From Promethearchaeota archaeon Loki_b31 (GTDB taxonomy: Archaea; Asgardarchaeota; Lokiarchaeia; Sigyniarchaeales; SOKP01): DNA of 64,000 bases. Below, in pieces: positions 51,150-62,243 of this stretch; the first letter of the stretch is position 1, and the number at the start of each line of letters is the position of its first letter. The DNA is taken from the NCBI GenBank assembly GCA_005222975.1, contig NJBI01000011.1, positions 17,810-81,809 of the forward strand, read 5' to 3'. A program made the translations under genes and the position numbers. The notes beneath the pieces are model-generated. The model did no database searches, was not told the origin of the DNA, and was given only the letters and a program-made list of their open reading frames with translations.

Positions 51150-52085
51150 ATGCCCGAATTAATTGGCTACATTTTAACGCTCGATGCGTTATTTACTTGG
51201 GGAATAGCATCTTTAGTATATAAATATGGATTAGGAAAAACACAGCCGAAAGCGACATTATTTTTCAGAATTTTAATAGTTACACTTGGTACATTTATTT
51301 TCGCGCTAATTTTCGGAGACTTCTCTTTCTTTGCATCGTTTACATCTCAAGAACTTGTTGTTTTTTTATTTGTAAGTATATTATCAGGTATTTCCGTGAC
51401 AATCGGAGATCTACTCTACTTTAAAGCGCTTAAAAAGATTGATGCTTCGCGAGCTTATCCATTAACACAACTATCTTTAGTATTCGTATATCCTTTAGCT
51501 TTCATATTCTTCGGTGAGCAAGTTATAATATCAATTCTTATTGGAGGGGCTTTTATTCTATTAAGCGTCTTCGTATTAAGCACTCAAGACAAACCTAACA
51601 GAGACATAAGTAATAGCGAAGTTATTCAAAAAGCCAATAAGAATTTAATCGTCGGAGTTTTATTGTCAATTGGAACCGCGTTTTTATGGGCAATATCTTA
51701 TGTTTCGTTTAATCAAGCACGAATAATTTCAAATGAGGTATTTGCCTCAAATTTCGTAAGAATAGCACTTGCTACAATATTTGTTGCGACTTTAGGATTT
51801 TTTAGGCGCGATTACTATGAGGCCTTCAAGAAAGAAAATAAACCACATTTGAAATATTATCTTTACATCGGAATCGCAGGTGCGTTATCACTAGGTTTAG
51901 CAGATTCACTTTTTATAATGGCAGTAGCAGTTAATGGGCTAGTATTAACCGCAACAATTACTGCAAACACGCCGATGGTCCAACAAACCTTATCAATTCT
52001 AATTTTAAAGGAAAAATTTCGTAAAAGATTTATTATTGCAGTTTTATTATTGATTTTAGGCAATTACATAATTTTATTTTTTTAA
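51150..52085 (+). CDS. EamA/DMT transporter
   Basis: Ten TM segments in two repeats; YFKALKKIDAS, LKEK. Confidence 0.88.
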   Translation: MPELIGYILTLDALFTWGIASLVYKYGLGKTQPKATLFFRILIVTLGTFIFALIFGDFSFFASFTSQELVVFLFVSILSGISVTIGDLLYFKALKKIDASRAYPLTQLSLVFVYPLAFIFFGEQVIISILIGGAFILLSVFVLSTQDKPNRDISNSEVIQKANKNLIVGVLLSIGTAFLWAISYVSFNQARIISNEVFASNFVRIALATIFVATLGFFRRDYYEAFKKENKPHLKYYLYIGIAGALSLGLADSLFIMAVAVNGLVLTATITANTPMVQQTLSILILKEKFRKRFIIAVLLLILGNYIILFF

Positions 52086-52104
52086 CAGCATATTAATCCT
52101 TGAT

Positions 52105-53130
52105 ATGATGATTCAAATAGAAATTATTTTATTAACCAACAATATTGTTTTACCTTTTCAGCAACTCAAACAAGATTATCAATTGGATTTTATCGAACTA
52201 AATAAATTATTTACTACTAAATCATTAGCAGAACACGGGTTAGGATTCTTGATAAATGTTTACGATGTTCAAGATTCTGATAATTTTACAAACTTAAAAT
52301 TATTAAAAAAAATAATTTTTGATACTGGGGGACCAAACTTAACCTTTTTACACAATTCAGATTTAAGGGGATACCAATTTTACGATACCGATATGTTAAT
52401 TTTATCACATTGGCATTACGACCACACTGGCGGATTACTAAAAATATTAGAACGAATAGAAAAAGAAGTGCCCGTTATTTGCCATGAGAGTGCTACCTTC
52501 GAAAGGTTTTTCAGGCGAGAGAGGAATTTAAAAATTGAAGATTTAGAAGGAAAATCAAGAGAAGAAATTCTGCTATTACTCTCGTCTTCAAAGATTGTCA
52601 ATCAAGAGCCAATAGATTTAGAAAAAATAAAGACTCTAAATGGACAGGTTCAGTTCACAAGAGATCTATACGAAATTCTAAATGTTGATGGGCTCAAAAT
52701 TACCGTAAGCGGAGAAATTCCTAGAAATCACATTGAAGAAGATTTCAATAACTTCTTTTCGCTTCAAGAGGGCACTCTAAAGACTGATAAAATCTTAGAC
52801 GACAAATGTTTGATTTTAGAGTTTGATGAAAACATAGTCTTGATAAACGGTTGTTGCCATTCTGGTTTAATGAATACCTTAGATTACGTAAAGTATTACT
52901 CAAATAAACCAATAAGTCATATAATAGGGGGGTTTCATATGGCGGCTGCGTCTGAAGAAAAGATTAGAGTTACAATAGATTACTTAAATACACTAAATAT
53001 ATTTGATGATACGCTATATATCTTTCCTATTCATTGTAGTGGAGAAAAAATTATCGAAATGGTTAATAAAACCAGTAATAGTAGAATTAAAGCGTTTAAC
53101 ACGAGTGTAGGGACAATTTTTAATTTTTAA
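52105..53130 (+). CDS. Metallo-beta-lactamase fold hydrolase
   Basis: AEHG, FDTG, SHWHYDHTGG, GCCHSG, GGFH, HCSG. Confidence 0.85.
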   Translation: MMIQIEIILLTNNIVLPFQQLKQDYQLDFIELNKLFTTKSLAEHGLGFLINVYDVQDSDNFTNLKLLKKIIFDTGGPNLTFLHNSDLRGYQFYDTDMLILSHWHYDHTGGLLKILERIEKEVPVICHESATFERFFRRERNLKIEDLEGKSREEILLLLSSSKIVNQEPIDLEKIKTLNGQVQFTRDLYEILNVDGLKITVSGEIPRNHIEEDFNNFFSLQEGTLKTDKILDDKCLILEFDENIVLINGCCHSGLMNTLDYVKYYSNKPISHIIGGFHMAAASEEKIRVTIDYLNTLNIFDDTLYIFPIHCSGEKIIEMVNKTSNSRIKAFNTSVGTIFNF

Positions 53131-53261
53131 TAAAAATTATAAATATCTTTTTCGACATATTAAAATCAATGCATTAAAACATTAAATAATAAAAGTTATA
53201 AATTTATGTGTTAAATATTTAGATATAATAAATAAATTGTAAAAACGCTGAGGATTGTTAT

Positions 53262-53888
53262 ATGAGTATTCTGCTTCTAAATAAACAGAAGTTATTGGTT
53301 GATCATATTGTTCTTGTAGCATTGCTAATAATGATGGTAATTTTAACTTTATTTTTTCGTTTAATTATTCTTATGTCAGCGGCTGTCTACCCGATGTCTT
53401 GTTTACTAATTTATGGATTCTTAAGAGCTCATAAAGGCATATTTAATAAGAATTTGAATTACATAAAAAAGGTTTTAAATCTTATAGCAGGAGTTATATC
53501 TATAATATTTTCTAGTTTGATATTAATCCTTATCTTTTCACAACCTAACATTCCTGCGAGTTATATCATATATTTTTTAGCTTTACCCAGTTTTCTTATA
53601 GGTCTTGCTGGGTTTTTAAAAGGGCTAATTGTTAATACATTTTCACCTCTATTTCGAAGTTTAAACATGGCATTTGGGATATTAACTATTATAACGACAT
53701 ATTTTGCAATATTATTTGCTGATGTAAGTTTTATTTTTAACCTTTGTTCTCTTCTAATAGCACTAGCCCTTAATGGCGTTTTAAGATCGGCACTATATTT
53801 GAGCGAATTCGGGTTATCGTTAAAAAGTTTTAGAAACTTTAAACTTGTCTTTATAATAATGGAATGGATAAATATAGAGAATATCTAA
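53262..53888 (+). CDS. Hypothetical six-TM membrane protein
   Basis: Long hydrophobic ORF filling the gap between genes; no recognised motif. Confidence 0.55.
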   Translation: MSILLLNKQKLLVDHIVLVALLIMMVILTLFFRLIILMSAAVYPMSCLLIYGFLRAHKGIFNKNLNYIKKVLNLIAGVISIIFSSLILILIFSQPNIPASYIIYFLALPSFLIGLAGFLKGLIVNTFSPLFRSLNMAFGILTIITTYFAILFADVSFIFNLCSLLIALALNGVLRSALYLSEFGLSLKSFRNFKLVFIIMEWINIENI

Positions 53889-54019
53889 TCTTGACCTGAA
53901 TATACTCTCACTTTATTTTTTTTTCTTAAACTGAACGAATTAGCAATAATAAAACATTAAATCCTAATCTTTCATTAATATTTATTATCGATCATTAATT
54001 CAAGATTCTTGATTAGAAT

Positions 54020-55141
54020 ATGTCTGAAATTCACTTTAATAAAGAAGAAGGTTCTCAAATAAAATTATTCACCCCTGGACCCGTTTACATTCCAGAGCGA
54101 ATATTAAAAGAAATGGCAAAACCAAACGACACGCATAGGTCTAAACCATACGCAGAAATGCATCAACTTGTAGAAGAAGGGCTTAAAAAGCTTTTATTTA
54201 CCTCTAATAATTGCTTAATCTCTACATCGAGCGCTACTGGACTAATGGAAGCTTGTGTAAGAAATTTAGTTAAAAAAGACGAGAAGGCTCTATTTTTTTC
54301 GATTGGAGCATTTGGAGATCGTTGGTACAAAATTGGAGTTTCAAATGGGAAAGTCGCAGTAAAAGAGGGCGTTGAATGGGGTAAACCAATAACTCCCGAA
54401 TTTGCCCAAGAAGCATTGAATAAGGATAAATATGCTGTAGTTTTTATCCAATCAAATGAAACTTCCACAGGAGTTTATAACCCAATTAATGAAGTAGTCC
54501 CAGTTATTAAAGATTTTGGCGCTTTAGTATGCGTTGACGCAACATCATCAATGGCCGGAATTAAAATTGAGGTTGATAAATTAGGAATCGATGTGTGTTT
54601 AGCCTCAGTTCAAAAATCTTTTACAATACCACCAGGACTGGCTCTATGTTCAATATCCAAAGCAGCAATCGAAAAGACTTCTCAGGTTAAAAACAGAGGG
54701 TTTTACTTTGACTTTCTTGATTTAGTCAAAAGATCTGAAAAACATCAAACCCCAACAACGCCACCAATACCTCAAATTAGAGCTTTAGCGGCTCAGTTGG
54801 ATTATATCTTGAATCACGAAGGATTAGAAAAAAGATTTGAAAGACATGAACGATTAGGAAAACGCACTAGAATGTGGGCACGAGATATTAATTTTGAGAT
54901 GTTTCCAGAGAAAGGATACGAATCAAATACAGTTTCTACTATGAAAAATTCGTTGGATATCGACATTGGGAAGATGGTTTCAACATTACTAGGAAAGGGT
55001 TATCGCATTGTTAACGGCTATGGAGATTTGAAGAGTAAGACCTTCCGGATTGGCCATATGGGTGAAGTGACAGTAAAAGATCTCGAAAACATGTTAAAGA
55101 TCTTAACAGATATCGTTTCTGATTTAAGATTGAACCAGTGA
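54020..55141 (+). CDS. Class V PLP aminotransferase (serine-pyruvate/phosphoserine type)
   Basis: FTPGP, NETSTGV, VDATSS, SVQK, PPG, FRIGHMG; adjacent to serA. Confidence 0.9.
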   Translation: MSEIHFNKEEGSQIKLFTPGPVYIPERILKEMAKPNDTHRSKPYAEMHQLVEEGLKKLLFTSNNCLISTSSATGLMEACVRNLVKKDEKALFFSIGAFGDRWYKIGVSNGKVAVKEGVEWGKPITPEFAQEALNKDKYAVVFIQSNETSTGVYNPINEVVPVIKDFGALVCVDATSSMAGIKIEVDKLGIDVCLASVQKSFTIPPGLALCSISKAAIEKTSQVKNRGFYFDFLDLVKRSEKHQTPTTPPIPQIRALAAQLDYILNHEGLEKRFERHERLGKRTRMWARDINFEMFPEKGYESNTVSTMKNSLDIDIGKMVSTLLGKGYRIVNGYGDLKSKTFRIGHMGEVTVKDLENMLKILTDIVSDLRLNQ

Positions 55142-55303
55142 AATTATTAAATCTAATCTTTTATTTTTTTATTGTTATTTTGTGTTATTTTTTTTCTTGT
55201 CCAATTAATTTTGATATTTAAAGGGATAAAATTAGATCAGCAAAAATTCTTTTAAACATTAATTTACTAAAAATATTATCCATTTATTTTAAATTATTAA
55301 AAA

Positions 55304-56245
55304 TTGATGTTTATGAAAATTTTAATTAGCGACAAACTTCAAGAAGAAGGAGTGAAAATTTTTCAAGAAAATGGTTTTGATGTTGTTAAAAACTTCGATA
55401 TAACTAATGAGGAGCTTAAAAAAGAGATAGGAAATTATGATGGGATTGTTATTCGCTCTAGAACGAAGTTGACAGCCGATGTTTTAGAACACGCAACAAA
55501 TCTTAAAGCAATTGGCAGAGCGGGAGTAGGCTTAGATAATGTTGATAGGGCAAAAGCAGCGGAATTAAATATTGAAGTTTTAAACACTCCAGAAGCACCA
55601 TCCGTTTCGGTTGCAGAATTAGCTTTAGGTTTAATGTTTACATTAGCAAGGCATATTTCAAATGCAGATCGAACTATGCATACCGGAGAGTGGAACAAAA
55701 AGCAATATCTTGGTTATACATTGAAAGGGAAGAAATTAGGATTAATAGGATTTGGGAACATTGCAAAACAACTAGCAAAAAAAGCAATAGCTCTAGAAAT
55801 GGATGTGGGAGTTTACTCAAGATTTAGTAAAGGCCCTGAAGCTGTGGAAGAAGCTAAAAATATTGGATGCAAGATTTATTCTTCTATTGATGATCTGCTC
55901 AAAGATGCTCAAATTGTCTCTTTACATCTCCCTGTAACATCTCAAACAGAGAACACTATCAATGCAACAAACATAAAACTGATGAACAAAAAATCTATTT
56001 TAATTAATACTGCTAGAGGAAAGCTTATTGAAGAAAAAGCCTTAATAGATGCCTTAGTAAATAAAGAAATCGGTGGAGCCGCATTAGATGTTTTTAGAGA
56101 GGAACCATTAAAAGACACGAACTTGATAAACTGCGAAGGGAACTTAATTCTTACACCTCATATTGGAGCTCAGACTATAGAAACTCAAGTCTATGCTGCT
56201 ACGAAAATCGCTGAAAAAATGTCAAATTTTCTAAAAAATTTATAA
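55304..56245 (+). CDS. serA: D-3-phosphoglycerate dehydrogenase (short form)
   Basis: RSRTK, RAGVGLDN, GFGNI, NTARG, LDVF..EP, TPHIGA. Confidence 0.85.
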   Translation: MMFMKILISDKLQEEGVKIFQENGFDVVKNFDITNEELKKEIGNYDGIVIRSRTKLTADVLEHATNLKAIGRAGVGLDNVDRAKAAELNIEVLNTPEAPSVSVAELALGLMFTLARHISNADRTMHTGEWNKKQYLGYTLKGKKLGLIGFGNIAKQLAKKAIALEMDVGVYSRFSKGPEAVEEAKNIGCKIYSSIDDLLKDAQIVSLHLPVTSQTENTINATNIKLMNKKSILINTARGKLIEEKALIDALVNKEIGGAALDVFREEPLKDTNLINCEGNLILTPHIGAQTIETQVYAATKIAEKMSNFLKNL

Positions 56246-56282
56246 TATTTTATTTTTCTTATTTTTTAAGACCCTTAACAGG

Positions 56283-58316
56283 TTAAATTTTGGATATTTT
56301 TACAATCACAGAGTAAAATGCTCCTGATTTCTCTGATTCTTCAGGTTTTTCTGGAGTGAAATAATTTACATTCTTGAATACCGCATTAATGAATGGTAAT
56401 CCAGAATAAATTAACGCAGTCCCCGATTTTAAAGCGTTGTTTTGATCTAATAGAAATTTAGCTTCATTAAATTTGTTAGTAACTAGTACCTCTTTACCTG
56501 GTACTAACCCGAGCAATTCGATATCAGAAGGATTTAGAAATATCTTACTAAAATCTTTCTCGAATTCTTTATGAATTTCGCCCATTTGGGAGTGGATAAA
56601 AGATTTATGAGCTGGAGAAAGTAAATAAAGCTCGTTCTGATTTCGACATAAGAGAAAATCTAGCTTGGGGTCAAATAATTCCAAATCCGATTGTTTAATT
56701 TGAATTTTGCCATTGATAGTTGGAAAATTCAAATCTTCGAAAGGAATATCATTAATTGCGAACGGAATATAGTATCCATTAAGTTTTATACTTTGTTGAA
56801 CTTCTTTAGGTAATAGTTCAACACACTTTTCGAATATCTCTTTTTGAGTTTCTTGAAAAAGTATATCATCCCCCCATCCATTACATTTTGCTAATAATTG
56901 GAAAATCTCGTAATTTGATAAACAATTCGAGTATGGGCACGGTCCTCCTTGATTTATCGATATCCCAGGTAAAAAATAAGGTGTTATTAAATCATCACAT
57001 TCAAGATCGAACTTTGCGGGGATAACAATGTCTGCAAATTTTGTAGTCTCGTTTAGAAACATGTCCAGCACTACTACAAAAAGATCTTCTCGGGATAAGG
57101 ATTTTCTTAATATAGTCTGATTTGGAAGAGAGTTCGCAGGATTAAGGTTATATATAAACAACATCTTAAATTTATTCGAGCTTAAAGAAGGTCCTAGCGT
57201 TACTAGCGGAAAACTGATATTCGGAGAGTAAGATTTTAGACAAGTGATATAATTCATAAGTGGAGCTATGAATTCTTTATTAAAGCCACTTTGAGAAAAT
57301 AAAAATCCTGTACCTAGTTTTCCAAAATTCCCGAGGAAGATTTGGATTAGCGCAATTGTATTCAGATTTCTTCCACCATAAAAATACTTCTGCGGCCCAA
57401 AACCTACGATAAACAGAGTTTTATGCTGAAATTTAAGGAGGATATTTACAAACGCTTCTAAAATTTCACCAGTTAGACCAGTTTGGTGAAAAATTTTGTT
57501 TTCATCAATTCTTTCAACCTTTGCTATAAGATCTTTGTAATTGTCAACATGTTTAATGAGGAAATCTTTATCATATTCTCCACTTACTATGATTTTATTC
57601 ATAATATATTTTGCAATCAGATAATCGGTACCTGGAAAAGGTTGGAGAAAAAATGTAGTATTTTCAACTAATTTAGTCCTAATCGGATTAACTACGACAA
57701 CAAGTGAGCCATTTTTTATTGCTTTTTTCACTAAGAAATAAGCGTGGTTATTTCGATCAGCTAAATTACTCCCCCAAACGACAATTAATTTATTGTTTGG
57801 ATTGTTGATTTGGAAAGGATTTGTAGTAGAATAATTACCAAACATCTTACTTAATGCATGAATTCCAGCTTCATTACATATGCCACCGGTTGTTACTGTA
57901 GCACCAAATTTACCGAGGAATCTAATTGGAGAAAAATGTGATATCAAACTGCTATTTCCTGCGTAATAGGCAGCTACAATAGACGAGGGTCCAAATTTGT
58001 TTTTGGTTGTTGTTAGTTTTTCCGAAACAAGACTTATTGCTTTCTCAAGACTAATTTGTTTGAAGGAATTGAAACCTTTAGAACCTGACCGTATCAATGC
58101 TGTTTTTAATCGATGAGGATGATAAAGCAGTTTTTCTCTATTATTGAATTTTGGGCAGAAAAAGCCACTAGTAAAAGGATGCTCCTTTAAAGGTTTAGCG
58201 GTTAAAAGTTTTTTCTCGGGAGCTTGATCGTTCCACTCTCCTATAAATACACATGAACCATAACAATCTTTGGAGCAAGTTCCATACCTTTTTTTTAGTT
58301 CAAAATTATTACTCAA
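56283..58316 (-). CDS. Molybdopterin oxidoreductase (DMSO reductase superfamily)
   Basis: CSKDCYGSC..C Fe-S motif, ICNEAG, WGSN, NPANS, ETTKFADIVIP. Confidence 0.88.
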   Translation of the reverse strand: MSNNFELKKRYGTCSKDCYGSCVFIGEWNDQAPEKKLLTAKPLKEHPFTSGFFCPKFNNREKLLYHPHRLKTALIRSGSKGFNSFKQISLEKAISLVSEKLTTTKNKFGPSSIVAAYYAGNSSLISHFSPIRFLGKFGATVTTGGICNEAGIHALSKMFGNYSTTNPFQINNPNNKLIVVWGSNLADRNNHAYFLVKKAIKNGSLVVVVNPIRTKLVENTTFFLQPFPGTDYLIAKYIMNKIIVSGEYDKDFLIKHVDNYKDLIAKVERIDENKIFHQTGLTGEILEAFVNILLKFQHKTLFIVGFGPQKYFYGGRNLNTIALIQIFLGNFGKLGTGFLFSQSGFNKEFIAPLMNYITCLKSYSPNISFPLVTLGPSLSSNKFKMLFIYNLNPANSLPNQTILRKSLSREDLFVVVLDMFLNETTKFADIVIPAKFDLECDDLITPYFLPGISINQGGPCPYSNCLSNYEIFQLLAKCNGWGDDILFQETQKEIFEKCVELLPKEVQQSIKLNGYYIPFAINDIPFEDLNFPTINGKIQIKQSDLELFDPKLDFLLCRNQNELYLLSPAHKSFIHSQMGEIHKEFEKDFSKIFLNPSDIELLGLVPGKEVLVTNKFNEAKFLLDQNNALKSGTALIYSGLPFINAVFKNVNYFTPEKPEESEKSGAFYSVIVKISKI

Positions 58317-58347
58317 ACTTTTAAGCGCCTGACTTATAGATTTTTGG

Positions 58348-59550
58348 TCACTCTTCTCGCAAATCGTGTAATACTAAACCAGATAAAAGCTTAGGATCGA
58401 ACCAAGTTGATTTCGGAGGCATCACTCCTCCAGAATCAGCAATCGATTCTAAATCTCTTATATCGACTGGGAATAGGTTGAAAAAAATGTCGTTTCCCTT
58501 TTCTGTAATATATTCTTCCATAATAGTTGGATCTTGAATACCACCTACAAAAAAGATGTTTTCATCAGCACGAACATTTAAGATTCCTAAAATTGGCTCC
58601 AGAACCCTATCTTGAAGGATAGCTACATCTAAACTATCTCTCTTTGAGTTGAAAGATTTATCTTTAGCAATCAACTCAAACCATTTTCCCCTAATACAAA
58701 TAGCAAGTGTATTTTTCATATTTGGATTGAAAGCGCTATTAACTTTTCTAACTTCAAAGACTTTTTCTAATTTCTCTATGAATGTATCTTCATCATCCCT
58801 TAATTTCCTGATTACGCGATTATAAGGCAAAATTCGTATTTGATCGTCTGAAGCCACATAAGATAGTAAATATTGCCATGGCGCATCAGTTTTTTCGGTT
58901 TTATTTCTATTTTTTAATTGATTTTTGCGATATTCTGCTGCGCTCGCTGCTCTATGATGGCCATCTGCGATATAAATTTTTTTATTTTCGAATAAATTTG
59001 CTAACTTGTTAATTATTGTAGAATCATTTTCTTGCCACAATATATGACGATAACCATATTTTTCGAAATCGAATTTAGGGTTCCCTTTTTTAATTTGGGC
59101 AATTATTTTATTAATCTCGATATCAGCACGATAAACTGACCAAACAAGGCCCGCAGCTACATTAGTGGTTTCAATATGCCTAGTCCGGTCTTTAAGTGGT
59201 TTTTCTCTAGTGTGCTCGTGTTTGACGATATTCCCTTTTTCGTAATCGTCAAGAGCTACTCCCATGATTAAACCTTCTTGATTAAACTTGGAAGACTCTT
59301 GGCGATAAACAAAAATACACGGATTTTCTTCTCTGACGATAATGTCAGACGCCTTAAACAGCTCGTAAGCAGATAAAGCATTATGATATAATTCATCTCC
59401 TTCACCATCAGGTAAAATCAAATGAATGAGCGAGTTGTAGTTCCTTTTTAATTCTTCCTCTTCTTCTTTTCCTATTACATCATAAGGATTTGTAGTAAAT
59501 TCGATTGCGTTATTTGGGCAATAGGGACATAAAGCAGATATTTTAACCAT
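58348..59550 (-). CDS. DUF1015 family protein
   Basis: PYDV, KHEHT, IADGHHR, MPPKSTWFDPKL. Confidence 0.9.
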   Translation of the reverse strand: MVKISALCPYCPNNAIEFTTNPYDVIGKEEEEELKRNYNSLIHLILPDGEGDELYHNALSAYELFKASDIIVREENPCIFVYRQESSKFNQEGLIMGVALDDYEKGNIVKHEHTREKPLKDRTRHIETTNVAAGLVWSVYRADIEINKIIAQIKKGNPKFDFEKYGYRHILWQENDSTIINKLANLFENKKIYIADGHHRAASAAEYRKNQLKNRNKTEKTDAPWQYLLSYVASDDQIRILPYNRVIRKLRDDEDTFIEKLEKVFEVRKVNSAFNPNMKNTLAICIRGKWFELIAKDKSFNSKRDSLDVAILQDRVLEPILGILNVRADENIFFVGGIQDPTIMEEYITEKGNDIFFNLFPVDIRDLESIADSGGVMPPKSTWFDPKLLSGLVLHDLREE

Positions 59551-59655
59551 GATATGAATTAGAAGATATTACCTTATAAATTAGTTTCTGTTGGTATAAT
59601 GACGATATTGAACACTATCTTAAAGAAGAGATTTGAAGTAAATTAAAAAGTAAAA

Positions 59656-60285
59656 TTATTTTGAAATGATATTACCTTCTATTTTTAATAAACTTCTTTT
59701 TAGATTGGTTCCCCAATCTTCATCCATTTGACCCATAAATCCACCAAGCTTTCCATTTTGTTTTATAACTCGATGGCATGGAATAATCAGGGGCAGCGGG
59801 TTATTTCTTAGGACGCTTCCTACGGCTCTATACGCTTTTGAATTTATCTTTTTAGCTATATCAGAGTAAGTGGTCGATTCACCGGGTCTAATTTTTATAA
59901 GAGAGTTTATTACTTTTTGGGAAAAATCCGTTTTAAACTTATTTCTAAGATCTAACAAGACATCCATACTTTTCATCTCCTCGAATAAATCTATTATAAT
60001 ACCCGTTAGATAATCATTAATCGCGTTTTCCAACTGAAGCAGTATACTGCGTTCTTTATCATCTTTATGGTTAGACATTTCAAATTTGTTTATTCTAATA
60101 TACTCCAAAATATCCGATTCGCTTTTAAAAAAGCGGATCTCGGTTAAGTTGATTTTTTTCTGGTTCTTTAGATAATCGTAAGATATGATTATAAACGGAT
60201 CAATAATATTCGGTTTAAAATAAAATACAGAAATTTCAACATACCTCCACATCTTTAAATATAACAATTTCAGTATTAGACACAA
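59656..60285 (-). CDS. ogt: O6-methylguanine-DNA methyltransferase (start uncertain)
   Basis: TTYSDIA, RAVG, NP, IPCHRV. Confidence 0.88.
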   Translation of the reverse strand: MCLILKLLYLKMWRYVEISVFYFKPNIIDPFIIISYDYLKNQKKINLTEIRFFKSESDILEYIRINKFEMSNHKDDKERSILLQLENAINDYLTGIIIDLFEEMKSMDVLLDLRNKFKTDFSQKVINSLIKIRPGESTTYSDIAKKINSKAYRAVGSVLRNNPLPLIIPCHRVIKQNGKLGGFMGQMDEDWGTNLKRSLLKIEGNIISK

Positions 60286-60432
60286 GATATATACAATTCG
60301 ATAAATATATAAATTGAATCTATTATTTCAATATTAATATTTATTGGTCTTAATAGATAAATAATAAATATAGTTTTTAGTTATCAAAAAAATTGAACTA
60401 TACTTATAATTAAAGAATCGAGTAAATAAAAG

Positions 60433-61443
60433 ATGCCTAAAGATTTAAAAAATGTATTAGATAATATCGAATCGAGCGAAAAAGAAAGCGCTATTCTCCT
60501 ATCTAAAATGGATAGGTTAAAAGAAATGATAGAAAAACAGAAGAGGGTTCTGACAGAGCATGAAAATATTATTGAAGAACAAAAAATAAAAATTACAAGA
60601 ATGTATGACATTCCTGAAGATGTCTTAGAACTAAAAGAATTAGTTGGAACTCAAAGAGCAATGCTTAATCAAAGAGAAAACGAAATGGAACTAGCAAAAG
60701 GCGAAGTTCTGGCTATTCAAAAAGAATTAGAATTTATGAAGAAACAAAACATCCCCACCCAACGAAAATTAGAGGAAAGTTTTGAATTAATTGGAAATTT
60801 AAAATCAGAACTTTTATTGAAAGAAGAAACTATTAAATCTTTACAAATTAAAGCACGAGAAATTCAAGCTTTTGCTGATAGAATACAAGACGAGCAAGTT
60901 AGATTGTTGACTGATATGGATCAAAAGTGGAAAAAAGAACTCGAGAAATTGAGGTTGGACCATATAGAAGAGAAGAAGGATTTAGTTGGAAAAATTTCCG
61001 ATTTAGATACTTTTTTACTTGATTCTAAACTGACATCTACTGAAGCTACCTCAGAAGCTAAAGACTTAAAATCGCGGTTTCAAGAGATTCGCGATAGTCA
61101 GGAAAATATGATTAATAAATTAGAGGAGGCACTAGATAAAAAACGTGAAGCAGATGAAGAGGTCAGAAAACTTAATAAAGAAATGGAAGAACTTAGAATT
61201 TTCAGACAAAATAACGTTAAAAAGATTACCTATTACGATAAATTAACTGACTTGATGGAACACGAAGCACAGTTTAAGGCATTCTTAATAGTAGAACAAG
61301 TAGGTTCAATGGCATTAGATGATTTAAGAAATGCCTTAGGATCTCCTATTGTGTTGGTAAAAAAAATAGTGCAAAATTTACAGAAAGTCGATCTATTTGA
61401 AATAAACGATGCTGGTAAGATTTCTGTTAAAAAAATAGAATAA
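60433..61443 (+). CDS. Long coiled-coil protein with C-terminal winged helix
   Basis: About 260 aa of E/K/L/Q-rich heptads, then MALDDLRNALGSPIVLVKKIVQNLQKVDLF. Confidence 0.7.
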   Translation: MPKDLKNVLDNIESSEKESAILLSKMDRLKEMIEKQKRVLTEHENIIEEQKIKITRMYDIPEDVLELKELVGTQRAMLNQRENEMELAKGEVLAIQKELEFMKKQNIPTQRKLEESFELIGNLKSELLLKEETIKSLQIKAREIQAFADRIQDEQVRLLTDMDQKWKKELEKLRLDHIEEKKDLVGKISDLDTFLLDSKLTSTEATSEAKDLKSRFQEIRDSQENMINKLEEALDKKREADEEVRKLNKEMEELRIFRQNNVKKITYYDKLTDLMEHEAQFKAFLIVEQVGSMALDDLRNALGSPIVLVKKIVQNLQKVDLFEINDAGKISVKKIE

Positions 61444-61554
61444 CCCTAATTTATCAGAATTTTATCCTTATTTTTTAAGAATTATTGAATTAAGGTTTAA
61501 CAAACCTTTATTAGAAATATAGTTAGTTGCTTTTTAAAAAATATAATTTGAGAT

Positions 61555-61932
61555 TCAAATCCTTGCTAAATCTTTATATAAATCAGGTAAACGTTTAATA
61601 AATTTTCCATCTTGTACCTGATCGAGTATTTCTGCTGCTATCGTTTTTAAGATTTCTCGATATTTATTTGGTTTCTCATCTCTACGCAATAACAACGCAA
61701 CTACGTAATTCTCCACGCTAATGTAGTCATCTCCTACGCCAGAAAAGAAAGAAACCACTTTGTTATTCTTTAAGCTAATTGATGCGAAACCTGGCTTCAA
61801 GCTCTGATACCGGTGAGAGGAATACACTTGCGTTAGCAAGTTATTTGTTATTTTCAGGTTTTCAGGGTAAAATCCTTCGTTAATCGGACCAATTTCATTA
61901 TCCCAACGAATTACAAGAATTCCAACTGGCAA
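61555..61932 (-). CDS. Stand-alone longin/uDENN-like domain protein
   Basis: ILVIRWDNEIGP...YP N-terminus, beta-beta-alpha-beta-beta-beta-alpha pattern; TTG start after GAGG. Confidence 0.6.
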   Translation of the reverse strand: MPVGILVIRWDNEIGPINEGFYPENLKITNNLLTQVYSSHRYQSLKPGFASISLKNNKVVSFFSGVGDDYISVENYVVALLLRRDEKPNKYREILKTIAAEILDQVQDGKFIKRLPDLYKDLARI

Positions 61933-62243
61933 AATACAAACCTCGTGAAGAATTAAAAAATTATTTTATTTCTTTTGTTATAATTTTAATATCTTGTTTA
62001 TATATATTTATTTTTATTTTTTTAATCACTTCTTCAATCATTTATGTTTTCTATCTAATTAATAATTTAAATTAATATGTAGATATCTTTCAATTAATAG
62101 AGTATAACAATTAGAAGGCTCATCTCTAAAGTAAAAATTTAAATTAAAACTATAACTTTTCAATATTACACTTAAAAACCTAATTGGTTTAATAAAAAAC
62201 ATCTTACTATTATAAAACATCTAGTATCGTAGCATAAAATTTT

